A stretch of DNA of 31,541 bases from a candidate division FCPU426 bacterium (GTDB lineage: Bacteria > Oederibacteriota > JAAXVQ01 > JAUVAV01), in the NCBI GenBank assembly GCA_030637655.1, contig DAOWGI010000095.1, forward strand, positions 1-31,541. The letters are read 5' to 3'. Under the pieces are notes generated by a model. That model did not search any database and had not been told where the DNA came from. It saw only the letters and a list, made by a program, of their open reading frames with translations. The position numbers and the translations under genes are program-made. This document shows positions 8,510 through 16,334 of the stretch, piece after piece; within the stretch, counting starts at the first letter, position 1; each line of letters opens with the position of its first letter.

Positions 8510-8524
8510 GCCGGTCGCCCCTAC
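8510..8524 (-). repeat. Half GTAG-type REP
   Basis: Minus strand reads GTAGGGGCGACCGGC, the same start as the REP at 11300 (GTAGGGGC). Confidence 0.45.
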
Positions 8525-8583
8525 CGGTTGACGAATGTATGAAAATAGCGTATTTTGATGGCACCAAATTCAGAGGTTTTTTT

Positions 8584-9276
8584 ATGCGCAAACTTACATT
8601 ACTATTATTCGACTTAGACGCCACTTTAGTGCGCACTGGCGGGATTGGTATGCAGGCCATGAACCAGGCCTATGAGGAGCTCATGGGCTGGCCCAATGCC
8701 TTGAATGAAATATCCCCAGCCGGTCGTACCGATATATCGATTGCGCACGAGCTTTCCAACAAACATCGTAGCCATGATATGGCTCCCGCAGAACTGGATA
8801 ATGTGTTTAACCGTTACCTGAAACTCCTGGAAGTCAAAATAAAGACCGCTGAGAATTATCGGGTCTTACCCGGCATCCGGGAGTTTCTGGAAAAATCAGA
8901 GGCTCATCCGGATTATGTGTTGGGTTTAGGGACTGGGAATCTGGAACGCGGATCTCACATCAAACTGGAACGCGGTGATTTAAACCGCTTCTTTCCTTTC
9001 GGCGGCTTTGGTTCAGACGCAGTATTGCGGCCGGATGTGCTCCGCATTGGCATTGAGCGCGGAGAAGCCTATCTGGAATGCGCTATTCCCCGTGAGCAGG
9101 TAGTGGTAATCGGGGATACGCATCATGATATTACCGCCGGCAAACAATTGGGGACCAAAACCATTGGCGTGGCCACAGGACCGTACTCTGTGGAACAATT
9201 GGCTGAGCATGAACCGGATCTGGCCATCCAGGATTTTTCCGATACTGTCTCGCTGGATAAATTCTTCAATTTCTGA
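8584..9276 (+). CDS. HAD-superfamily hydrolase (phosphoglycolate phosphatase-like)
   Basis: Motif I FDLDATL, G.TD, LGTGN, GGFGSD, motif IV IGDTHHDI and GVATG. I moved the start to ATG 8584, which follows AGAGG. Confidence 0.9.
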   Translation: MRKLTLLLFDLDATLVRTGGIGMQAMNQAYEELMGWPNALNEISPAGRTDISIAHELSNKHRSHDMAPAELDNVFNRYLKLLEVKIKTAENYRVLPGIREFLEKSEAHPDYVLGLGTGNLERGSHIKLERGDLNRFFPFGGFGSDAVLRPDVLRIGIERGEAYLECAIPREQVVVIGDTHHDITAGKQLGTKTIGVATGPYSVEQLAEHEPDLAIQDFSDTVSLDKFFNF

Positions 9277-9306
9277 TTCACCGCTTACCCCTTTGGGGCA
9301 CAAGCT

Positions 9307-10902
9307 TTAAAACCGGATGCCTAAACCAAATTGAAAGCCCAGACTGTGGGAAGGAACTGATAAGGTCTCTGATTGGTAAACAAAATCACGGGCTTGAAAA
9401 GAATCATCATAATAAAAACCAAGGTGCCAATAGGTTCCGCTAAACCCGCCCCAATTCAGAGCCAAGGTCACGCTGGTTGCCAAGCCTTGCTCTGAGTAAG
9501 CATACTGATTGATAGACAAACTCCGTAAGCGATAAGCCGGACCACCGGAAAGCCTAAGTTGTATCCAGCGTGTACCCAGGGCCACACGGGTCAGAAGTGC
9601 CAGCTCACCACCCACTGCCATTTCCCGCGTCTCCAGTCTGGAATCATCCTGTGAGTTCTTGGTTGCCGGTGCGTTTAATAAGAACCTGCCCTGCGGAACT
9701 ACTGCAATGCCAAAGGAAAAAATATCCCCGCGCCAAATATCTAACAGACTAGTGATGTACTCCAGCCGAAAACCCAGGTTGATCAAATCATCATTTTCCA
9801 CCACACCCTGTTCCAAAAACGCATGCCCCACATTTTGCGCATTATAAACCAAAGAAAAAATGAATTCATTGGCCATACTCTCAGGTTGCGGTTCCGGATA
9901 CTCAGGCAAAACAAAACGACCGGTACCCAATACCGGCACATCAATACGATCCAGACTGAATTTTCTTTTTTGCGCTATATTGCGGCGGTGTGCCAGCACA
10001 TAAACTTTCTCCGCGCTTCCCTGGTGGTTCAAAAACAAAAAGTTGGCTGAGATCAAGGCCCCGGCGAGATTGTTGATACGATCACTGCTTTGCGCTACCA
10101 AGGCAAAAGCAATGGCGCCTGCCATAAACATGATCTCCGAATACCATAAACCTGAAGAAAGCTGCAAGCCCGGTTCCAAGGTCTCCTCACCCCAGCCCGG
10201 AACCAGACTGGACAAAAAAGAGAGCTGACAAGGTGAATAATATGGAACCTCCATGGCTTCCTGGGTTTCAGAGGCCAAGGGATGTTCTTGGTGCTGCTGC
10301 CAAAATTCGCCCATGAGTCGGGTGGAGCCTTGGTGCTCCAACCAATACAACCATGCCAATTGATAGGCAGCCCAGCCGGTATACTCGGATTCCGGAAATT
10401 TGCGGATAAAATCCTGAAATCCTTTTTTAGGGTGTTCACCCAGCACGGTTTCCACCTGCCTGACCAATAGATACGCCAATGCTTTAAATTCCCTATGCTG
10501 AACAGATTGATAATTTTCCGGAATCCGGGTATAGGCAGTTTTGACGAGTCGGGAAAATTCAGGATCAGGATTAAATTCTTGCAGATATGGGGTATCTTCC
10601 GGAAAAGGAGGTGTGAGCAGCAGCAAGGGACTATGCGTAAAATAATCTTTCAAATACTGCCAATGCTGATTGGCCGGCATATGTTGTTCTTCAGCCGCCA
10701 ACATTTCCGCCAACCAGAACAATTCCAAATCTTCAACCCGGCCTTCCTTGTCCGCCGGACGCGCGTTTTTTAGGATCTGGGCAGAGTTAAACAAGCGCTT
10801 ATAAAAAGCGGATACTGCCTCTTTCTCAGCCCAGCTGGGATTAATCCCAAAACCCAGCAGCAAGGCCGGCAGCACGAGTAGTAGAACCGGTTTATTTTTC
10901 AT
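9307..10902 (-). CDS. Hypothetical exported protein with TPR-like segment and probable C-terminal outer-membrane beta-barrel
   Basis: Start 10902 gives signal peptide MKNKPVLLLVLPALLLGFGINPSWA and overlaps the upstream gene end. It contains FQDFIRKFPESEY, SLVPGWGE and alternating amphipathic strands ending FQFGLGIRF. Confidence 0.65.
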   Translation of the reverse strand: MKNKPVLLLVLPALLLGFGINPSWAEKEAVSAFYKRLFNSAQILKNARPADKEGRVEDLELFWLAEMLAAEEQHMPANQHWQYLKDYFTHSPLLLLTPPFPEDTPYLQEFNPDPEFSRLVKTAYTRIPENYQSVQHREFKALAYLLVRQVETVLGEHPKKGFQDFIRKFPESEYTGWAAYQLAWLYWLEHQGSTRLMGEFWQQHQEHPLASETQEAMEVPYYSPCQLSFLSSLVPGWGEETLEPGLQLSSGLWYSEIMFMAGAIAFALVAQSSDRINNLAGALISANFLFLNHQGSAEKVYVLAHRRNIAQKRKFSLDRIDVPVLGTGRFVLPEYPEPQPESMANEFIFSLVYNAQNVGHAFLEQGVVENDDLINLGFRLEYITSLLDIWRGDIFSFGIAVVPQGRFLLNAPATKNSQDDSRLETREMAVGGELALLTRVALGTRWIQLRLSGGPAYRLRSLSINQYAYSEQGLATSVTLALNWGGFSGTYWHLGFYYDDSFQARDFVYQSETLSVPSHSLGFQFGLGIRF

Positions 10903-11293
10903 GGGCTTGACCTTTGGTAAAAAAAGCTTTCGGCAGCCACCACCAGGAGGAAACACAGACCAGTAAATACACTCCTGCCAAGACTCGAAATATCCACAAA
11001 GGCGCTCCCCACTGTTCAACATAAATAAGGCGTTCCACCCAGACGGCTAAGAAAGAACCGTGATATGAAAATCCCGGAGACTCCATTTGCCTGAAGTATT
11101 CTTCCCCCAGGGTTAAGGGGCAATACCAATCAACAACAGCTAAAAAAATATATGCCACGAGGCCCAGGGTATGCACAAGACGAAGCCGGTTATTTTTAAA
11201 ATAAATTGCCAAAGGGAAACCAACGAGCATAAAAATAACCCAGAGAAAATGCAGGAGCATTAGAATATCTGCCATTAGTTGCGCCATAATCAT
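10892..11293 (-). CDS. DUF2784 family membrane protein
   Basis: AD.L.LLHFLWVIF..VG, H...L, W.CPLT..E and GSF...WVERLIY. Start is ATG 11293 or 11287, because the longer ORF start lies inside the REP. Confidence 0.85.
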   Translation of the reverse strand: MIMAQLMADILMLLHFLWVIFMLVGFPLAIYFKNNRLRLVHTLGLVAYIFLAVVDWYCPLTLGEEYFRQMESPGFSYHGSFLAVWVERLIYVEQWGAPLWIFRVLAGVYLLVCVSSWWWLPKAFFTKGQAHEK

Positions 11294-11299
11294 CGATCC

Positions 11300-11357
11300 G
11301 TAGGGGCACGGCATCCGACTTTGCTAAAGCGATATCGGACAAGCATCGTGCCTCTAC
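11300..11357. repeat. GTAG-type REP interrupted by a 29-nt mini-element
   Basis: Arms GTAGGGGCACG and CGTGCCTCTAC. The insert CCGACTTTGCTAAAGCGATATCGGACAAG (11315-11343) lies between CAT at 11312-11314 and CAT at 11344-11346. Confidence 0.75.
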
Positions 11358-11368
11358 ACATTAGAATA

Positions 11369-12682
11369 TTACAGAATTTCCGCAGCCAAGGCTGCCAAGG
11401 GGGAGCGCTCGCTTTTGGTTAAAATTATATGCCCAAATAATTCCTGAGATTTGAAATGTTCCACCAAATACGTAAGCCCATTGGAATTGGAATCCAAATA
11501 AGGATTATCAATCTGATATGGATCCCCGGTCAGCACCACTTTAGAACCTTCTCCGGCCCGGGAAACAATGGTTTTCACTTCGTGCGGAGTTAAATTTTGC
11601 GCCTCATCCACAATAATAAATTGTTTAGGAATTGAACGTCCGCGAATGTAGGTTAAGGATTCAAGAATAATTTTGCCGGTCTCATTGAGATAACGCAAAG
11701 TACCCTCACCGGTCTCTTCGGCTTCACCGTTCTGGTCCATCAAAAACTCCAGATTATCAAAAATGGGCTGCATCCAGGGAGCGATTTTTTCTTCCTTGGT
11801 ACCTGGCAAATACCCGATATCCCGTCCTAAAGGAATAACCGGACGGCTTATTAAAATACGGCGATAACGCCGTTCATCCAAAGTCGCGCGCAAAGCAGCT
11901 GCAATGGCCAAAAGGGTTTTTCCAGTGCCGGCCTGACCCAACATAGTTACCAGCGGCACATCGTGATCCAAAAGTATCTCAATGGCAAATTTCTGGCGCA
12001 AATTTTTCGCTTTAACTCCCCAAATTTCCTGTTCTCCGTTAATCAAGGGTACAATATTTTTCTCTTTCCTGTTTACCCGGCCCAGAGCACTCCGGCCGGA
12101 AGAACCGGCCAGGTCTTTTAATATCACGAACTGATTGGGATGCAGTTCCTCTTCCGGCAAAACGATTTTTTTATCCGCATAAAATTGATCAATGATACCC
12201 ACTGAGGTCTCAATAACTTTCACTCCGGAATAGAGCTCATCAATATTTACTTTATGACTCTCAAAATCTTCCGCTATAACACCAAACACATCCGCTTTTA
12301 CACGCAAGTTCACATCTTTGGTGACTAAACGAATATTGTCCGTACCCCGCTGCTGCAAAGCCAGCGCCAAAGCCAAGATTTGATTATCAATTCGCGTCTG
12401 ATCCAAACCATCCAATTTCGAATCCGGAATCTCGATGGGAATCCTTAAAATACCCCCATTGCTCATCTTTACGCCTTTGGCCAATTCTCCTTTGCCTCGA
12501 AATCCGTCAATAAAGCGGGATACGGCCCGGGCGTTTTTTCCTTTTTCATCATTGAGTTTCTTAAACTTATCCAATTCTTCCAAGGCCACTACGGGAATAA
12601 TCACAAAATTATCCTCAAACATGCGTACTGCTTCCGGATTGTGAAGCAATACATTGGTATCCAAAATAAAGGTTTTTTTCAT
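11369..12682 (-). CDS. PhoH family protein with N-terminal PIN domain (PhoH2/YlaK-like)
   Basis: PIN motifs LDTNVLLH, LEELD, DNQIL and LVTKDVNLRVKA. ATPase motifs GQAGTGKT, IGYLPG, YIRGRS, DEAQN, GDPYQID and SERS. Confidence 0.93.
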   Translation of the reverse strand: MKKTFILDTNVLLHNPEAVRMFEDNFVIIPVVALEELDKFKKLNDEKGKNARAVSRFIDGFRGKGELAKGVKMSNGGILRIPIEIPDSKLDGLDQTRIDNQILALALALQQRGTDNIRLVTKDVNLRVKADVFGVIAEDFESHKVNIDELYSGVKVIETSVGIIDQFYADKKIVLPEEELHPNQFVILKDLAGSSGRSALGRVNRKEKNIVPLINGEQEIWGVKAKNLRQKFAIEILLDHDVPLVTMLGQAGTGKTLLAIAAALRATLDERRYRRILISRPVIPLGRDIGYLPGTKEEKIAPWMQPIFDNLEFLMDQNGEAEETGEGTLRYLNETGKIILESLTYIRGRSIPKQFIIVDEAQNLTPHEVKTIVSRAGEGSKVVLTGDPYQIDNPYLDSNSNGLTYLVEHFKSQELFGHIILTKSERSPLAALAAEIL

Positions 12683-12780
12683 GGTTAACTCTTCATCTCT
12701 TTTTTTTTACTGCCTGGAATAGTTTCGGCATATTTCCACTTATTCGTTAGCGATGTTGCTGGATTCTGTTTGGAAAAGGA

Positions 12781-13695
12781 TTAGGCTACTTTTTCCAGCC
12801 AGCCATACTTGTCTTCCTGCTCACCCCGGATAATTCCAAAATAGGCCTTCTGAATTTTTTGGGTAATTGGTCCGCGTTTTCCCTCGCCTACCATAATGGT
12901 GTCCACTTTAGTAATCGGGGTAATCTCAGCCGCGGTTCCAGTCATAAAGGCTTCATCTGCCACATACAAACTTTCGCGCGGCAAAACATGCTGTTTCACA
13001 GTTATCCCCAGATCGCGAGCCAACTGAAACACGCAATGACGGGTGATTCCCGGCAGAATGCAGGAAGACGAGGGTGGAGTAAACAGCACTCCATTTTTTA
13101 CAATAAAAATATTCTCTCCGGAACCTTCGGAGATATAACCAAAGGTGTCCAAGGCAATACCTTCATCAAATCCATCCTGAATGGCTTCCATTTTCACTAA
13201 TTGCGAATTCATATAATTAGCGGCTACTTTGGCCATGGCCGGCATGGTATTGGGGGCCGGCCGGTTCCAGGACGAGATTCGGACGGAAACTCCTTTTTCC
13301 AACGCATCCGGTCCCAAATACGTTCCCCACTCCCAGGCTGCGATGGCAGTTACCACCGGACACTTGAACGGATTGAGCCCCAGGGAGTGATAACCGCGAA
13401 ATATAAATGGACGAATATAGGCTTCTTTCAATTCATTCGCAAGCAAGGTCTCTTTAACAGCAGCCATTAATTCCTCGAGTGTGTAGGGGCATGCTATACG
13501 ATAAATTTTCGCTGAATCCAACAGGCGTTTCATGTGTTCTTTAAAACGAAGAATAAATGAGCCTTTGGGATTGGCATACATCCGGATACCTTCAAAAGCA
13601 CAGGATCCGTAATGCATGGCATGTACTAAAATATGCACCTTGGCTTCTTCCCACGGGATTAATTTCCCATCAATCCAAATCGCTTTGGCTGTCAT
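12781..13695 (-). CDS. ilvE: Branched-chain amino acid aminotransferase
   Basis: HYGSCAFEGIR, AYIRP, PLP lysine in AKVAANY, EGSGENIF, LPGITR and ADEAFMTGTAAEITPI. AGGAGG RBS. Confidence 0.96.
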   Translation of the reverse strand: MTAKAIWIDGKLIPWEEAKVHILVHAMHYGSCAFEGIRMYANPKGSFILRFKEHMKRLLDSAKIYRIACPYTLEELMAAVKETLLANELKEAYIRPFIFRGYHSLGLNPFKCPVVTAIAAWEWGTYLGPDALEKGVSVRISSWNRPAPNTMPAMAKVAANYMNSQLVKMEAIQDGFDEGIALDTFGYISEGSGENIFIVKNGVLFTPPSSSCILPGITRHCVFQLARDLGITVKQHVLPRESLYVADEAFMTGTAAEITPITKVDTIMVGEGKRGPITQKIQKAYFGIIRGEQEDKYGWLEKVA

Positions 13696-13787
13696 TGCCC
13701 TGCCTCCTGCACTACTATTCGTAATTACCCTTTTTTACACCAGGATTTCATACGTGTTTAGGAATGTTATTGCTGTGATTTGTTACG

Positions 13788-14165
13788 TTATTCTTCTTTT
13801 GCTCCGTGCCAGGCCAGCAGAAATTCCCGCCAGATCTTCTCCGCCTCTGTAGGCATGTCCAAAAAACGAATCCCGGCCCGACAGACCCAGCCGCTCTCAA
13901 ACTGTCCGGCTTGCACCCACACTACCTCAGCTTGTGCTTTGCAGGCTTTTTTCTCTTCTCCCAACGGAAGCAACATGGTGACTTCAATGATTTGACCCTG
14001 ATTGACCACTTGCGGCAAAAAAGCCATCAGCCCACCCAGTGATACATTGGTAGATACTCCTGCGGGCGCCTTATTTTCTTTAGACGCTTGGAAGGCTAAA
14101 GGCAATGAAAAATCCAATCTCGGATATCGTCTGCGATCAAATTGCGCGCTTCCAAATCCCTTCAT
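13788..14165 (-). CDS. Stand-alone PilZ domain protein
   Basis: RRRYPR (RxxxR), NVSLGG (D/NxSxxG), AEVVWV and GIRFLD. Start at ATG 14165 follows CAGGAGG. Confidence 0.88.
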   Translation of the reverse strand: MKGFGSAQFDRRRYPRLDFSLPLAFQASKENKAPAGVSTNVSLGGLMAFLPQVVNQGQIIEVTMLLPLGEEKKACKAQAEVVWVQAGQFESGWVCRAGIRFLDMPTEAEKIWREFLLAWHGAKEE

Positions 14166-14266
14166 ATAATCCTCCTGAATATGGAGCCCCACAGGTGACC
14201 GATAAAAGTTCCATAGTTCCATGGTTTTTCCTGTCAGGGCGAGCCTAGGGTCTCTCTTGCAATAAA

Positions 14267-14275
14267 ATTATACCA
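14267..14275 (-). promoter_or_regulatory. Extended -10 promoter element upstream of the PilZ gene
   Basis: Minus strand reads TGGTATAAT (TGn plus TATAAT), about 100 nt upstream of the start codon. Confidence 0.5.
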
Positions 14276-14353
14276 TTTGAAGTAAAACAAGAAAACATTT
14301 TTTTAATACTTAACCCACTTAATCTGAATTTCTTGTCGTTTAAAAAAACACGA

Positions 14354-15712
14354 TTATTCCCGCCTTATTATCTTCCCCTTCAATGCTTTACGACGTGCTT
14401 GCACTACTATTTCCAAAAGCTCGCGTTCGTAGCGTCTGGCTTTAGGCACGTGTTTATCCCGCAGCAGTGGTTCCACAACCTTGTGCACCTTGGAGCCGAT
14501 TTGTTCCAAGCGCTCCAACACTTCGTATACCGGCAAGGTTTCCAATTGCCGCGCCGGCAAATAGGCCGGCTGCCGCCCTTTTGTAGCTCTCATCAACAAA
14601 CCAGCCATAATTAGATCATTTAGTATCTGCCGGACCAAACGCACCGACACCTCATGCTGTTCACCCAATTGTTCATCAGAGTACGGTGCTTGCCCTTGTT
14701 GAAAATTGGCTTGAATGTCATGTAAAAAAGCCAAGGCCAATTCCGTTCGGGTGTAAAAATTGACTTCTGAGCTTGCTCCTGCCCGGCGATAGGTCGCTAC
14801 ATTTTGCAGCGCAAATGACAACTCCGCACCAAAAAGCACAATGACCCAAGAAATAAATATCCAGATAAACATAATCGGTAATTGGGCAAAGGTTCCGTAT
14901 AGGGCATTGATATTGGTCATTCCCACTTGAAAGGTCAGATAGGCCCATTGAATAATTTGCCACAAGGTACCGGTAAACACTCCGGCAATCACAGCCGGCA
15001 TAAAGCGCACGTTGGTATTGGGCATAAACACGAAAAGAAAGGTAAAAAATACCCAGAGTGCCAAGTATGGCAGCAGACGCATAAACAGTATAAGTAACGG
15101 ACCCCAGGCCGGTTGATTTTGCATCCAGACCACGACCGCAGTACTTTTAAAACCGGCAGTCAGGGATAAAGCCATAAAAAAAAAGAACGGCATGATAAAA
15201 AGCAGGGACAAATACTCGGAAAATTTTCTAAAAAACGAGCGCTGATACCGCAGCCCCCAAATATCATTAAAGGATGCTTCAATATTACCAAGTACAGTCA
15301 AGAGCGTAAAAATAATAATGATCACACCAATCACACCCAATGACTTCACATCGACTTGATCAATATACGAAATTATTTGCGAGACCATAGGCTGGACAGC
15401 CACGGCCACACGTTCCAGAAGAATGGGTTCCAAGCGGCGTTGAACCCCCAGGCTCTTTAGAACCGCAAAAGTGAGGGCCAACAAAGGAACAATTCCCAAA
15501 AGTGTGGAAAAGGTCAGAGCGCTGGCTCGTAACAGCAATTTATATTTCACAAACCCTTTTGCCACCAGAAAAAGTATCTGCAGAGCATGGTAAAATGATT
15601 TTCGGACACGTGTCAATTTAGAAAAATCAAAATGCCACAAGTCTTCCTGAAAAAAAGCTTTCCAACGCTGCACCATAGAATGTTGTTCCGGTTTTTTAGG
15701 TGTTTCAGGCAT
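14354..15712 (-). CDS. YihY/BrkB family membrane protein with C-terminal winged-HTH (Rrf2-like) extension
   Basis: RASALTFSTLL.IVP, IE.SFNDIWG, MPNT.V, LYG.FA.LP and VLFGAELSFA.QN, then a soluble tail (VRLVRQILNDL..AGLL, YLPAR). I moved the start to ATG 15712, which follows GGAGGAAAAAGGA. Confidence 0.88.
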   Translation of the reverse strand: MPETPKKPEQHSMVQRWKAFFQEDLWHFDFSKLTRVRKSFYHALQILFLVAKGFVKYKLLLRASALTFSTLLGIVPLLALTFAVLKSLGVQRRLEPILLERVAVAVQPMVSQIISYIDQVDVKSLGVIGVIIIIFTLLTVLGNIEASFNDIWGLRYQRSFFRKFSEYLSLLFIMPFFFFMALSLTAGFKSTAVVVWMQNQPAWGPLLILFMRLLPYLALWVFFTFLFVFMPNTNVRFMPAVIAGVFTGTLWQIIQWAYLTFQVGMTNINALYGTFAQLPIMFIWIFISWVIVLFGAELSFALQNVATYRRAGASSEVNFYTRTELALAFLHDIQANFQQGQAPYSDEQLGEQHEVSVRLVRQILNDLIMAGLLMRATKGRQPAYLPARQLETLPVYEVLERLEQIGSKVHKVVEPLLRDKHVPKARRYERELLEIVVQARRKALKGKIIRRE

Positions 15713-15788
15713 GTGTCCTTTTTCCTCCGCGCTACTTCCTGAAAAATCATCATCACTGGCAGGCCGGCTTTGAAGGTATGCGTATAAA

Positions 15789-16232
15789 TCAGGTGTATAG
15801 CGGGGAATCAGGCTGATCCAAACTAAAATCAACCAAAAACTCTTTCAACCATTTCCGGTTGTTTTGATCCAGATCTAAAAATTGGATACCCACCATATGG
15901 CTGCCTGTTTTGGCCGGAGCAGACCAGGCTACGCGAGATAAAATTTCCACGGCATTGCTCTCTTCCTTTGGGATATCCTTTGTCAGATCCCCTTTGTCGC
16001 GTTCTTCAGCCGGTGGCAGGAATAGTGTCAGCATGAGAATCTGGTCTTTTTCCAACGCGTGCTTGCTATGCATAAGCAACCCACCGGCTCCCAAATCTTC
16101 GGCTAGATTCGTTTTGTCATTAGAAATATTTCCCCGGTCCAGACAGCGATAACTGACTTGCAATTTAATGGTTTTACGTTCAAAACGTCTTCGCTCAGCA
16201 CCGGTCTCTCCTCGGAATTGTTCTTCAGTCAT
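15789..16232 (-). CDS. Stand-alone PilZ domain protein
   Basis: ERRRFER, DLGAGG (variant DxSxxG), RVAWS and GIQFLDL. GAGGAGG RBS. Confidence 0.85.
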   Translation of the reverse strand: MTEEQFRGETGAERRRFERKTIKLQVSYRCLDRGNISNDKTNLAEDLGAGGLLMHSKHALEKDQILMLTLFLPPAEERDKGDLTKDIPKEESNAVEILSRVAWSAPAKTGSHMVGIQFLDLDQNNRKWLKEFLVDFSLDQPDSPLYT

Positions 16233-16334
16233 GGCAGCAAACCTCCTCGAGTTTTTATTATGCCTTGCGTTGACTTCACCTATTACTACCTATAAAAACC
16301 TCTGGATTATATCGGACTAGTCATTGCTTGACCA

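Noticed and set aside
8240-8660. RiPP precursor or small genes next to the radical SAM-like gene (8240-8425, 8364-8660)
   Set aside because: These ORFs run through repeat elements or overlap the HAD gene, and show no precursor-like features.
12683-12780. Antitoxin upstream of PIN-PhoH
   Set aside because: Only 98 bp separate it from ilvE, with no convincing ORF.
14184-14254. c-di-GMP-I riboswitch
   Set aside because: GGAAAAACC...GG looks superficially similar, but the GNRA tetraloop, GCAAA junction and second stem with receptor are absent. Kept only as an unassigned structure.
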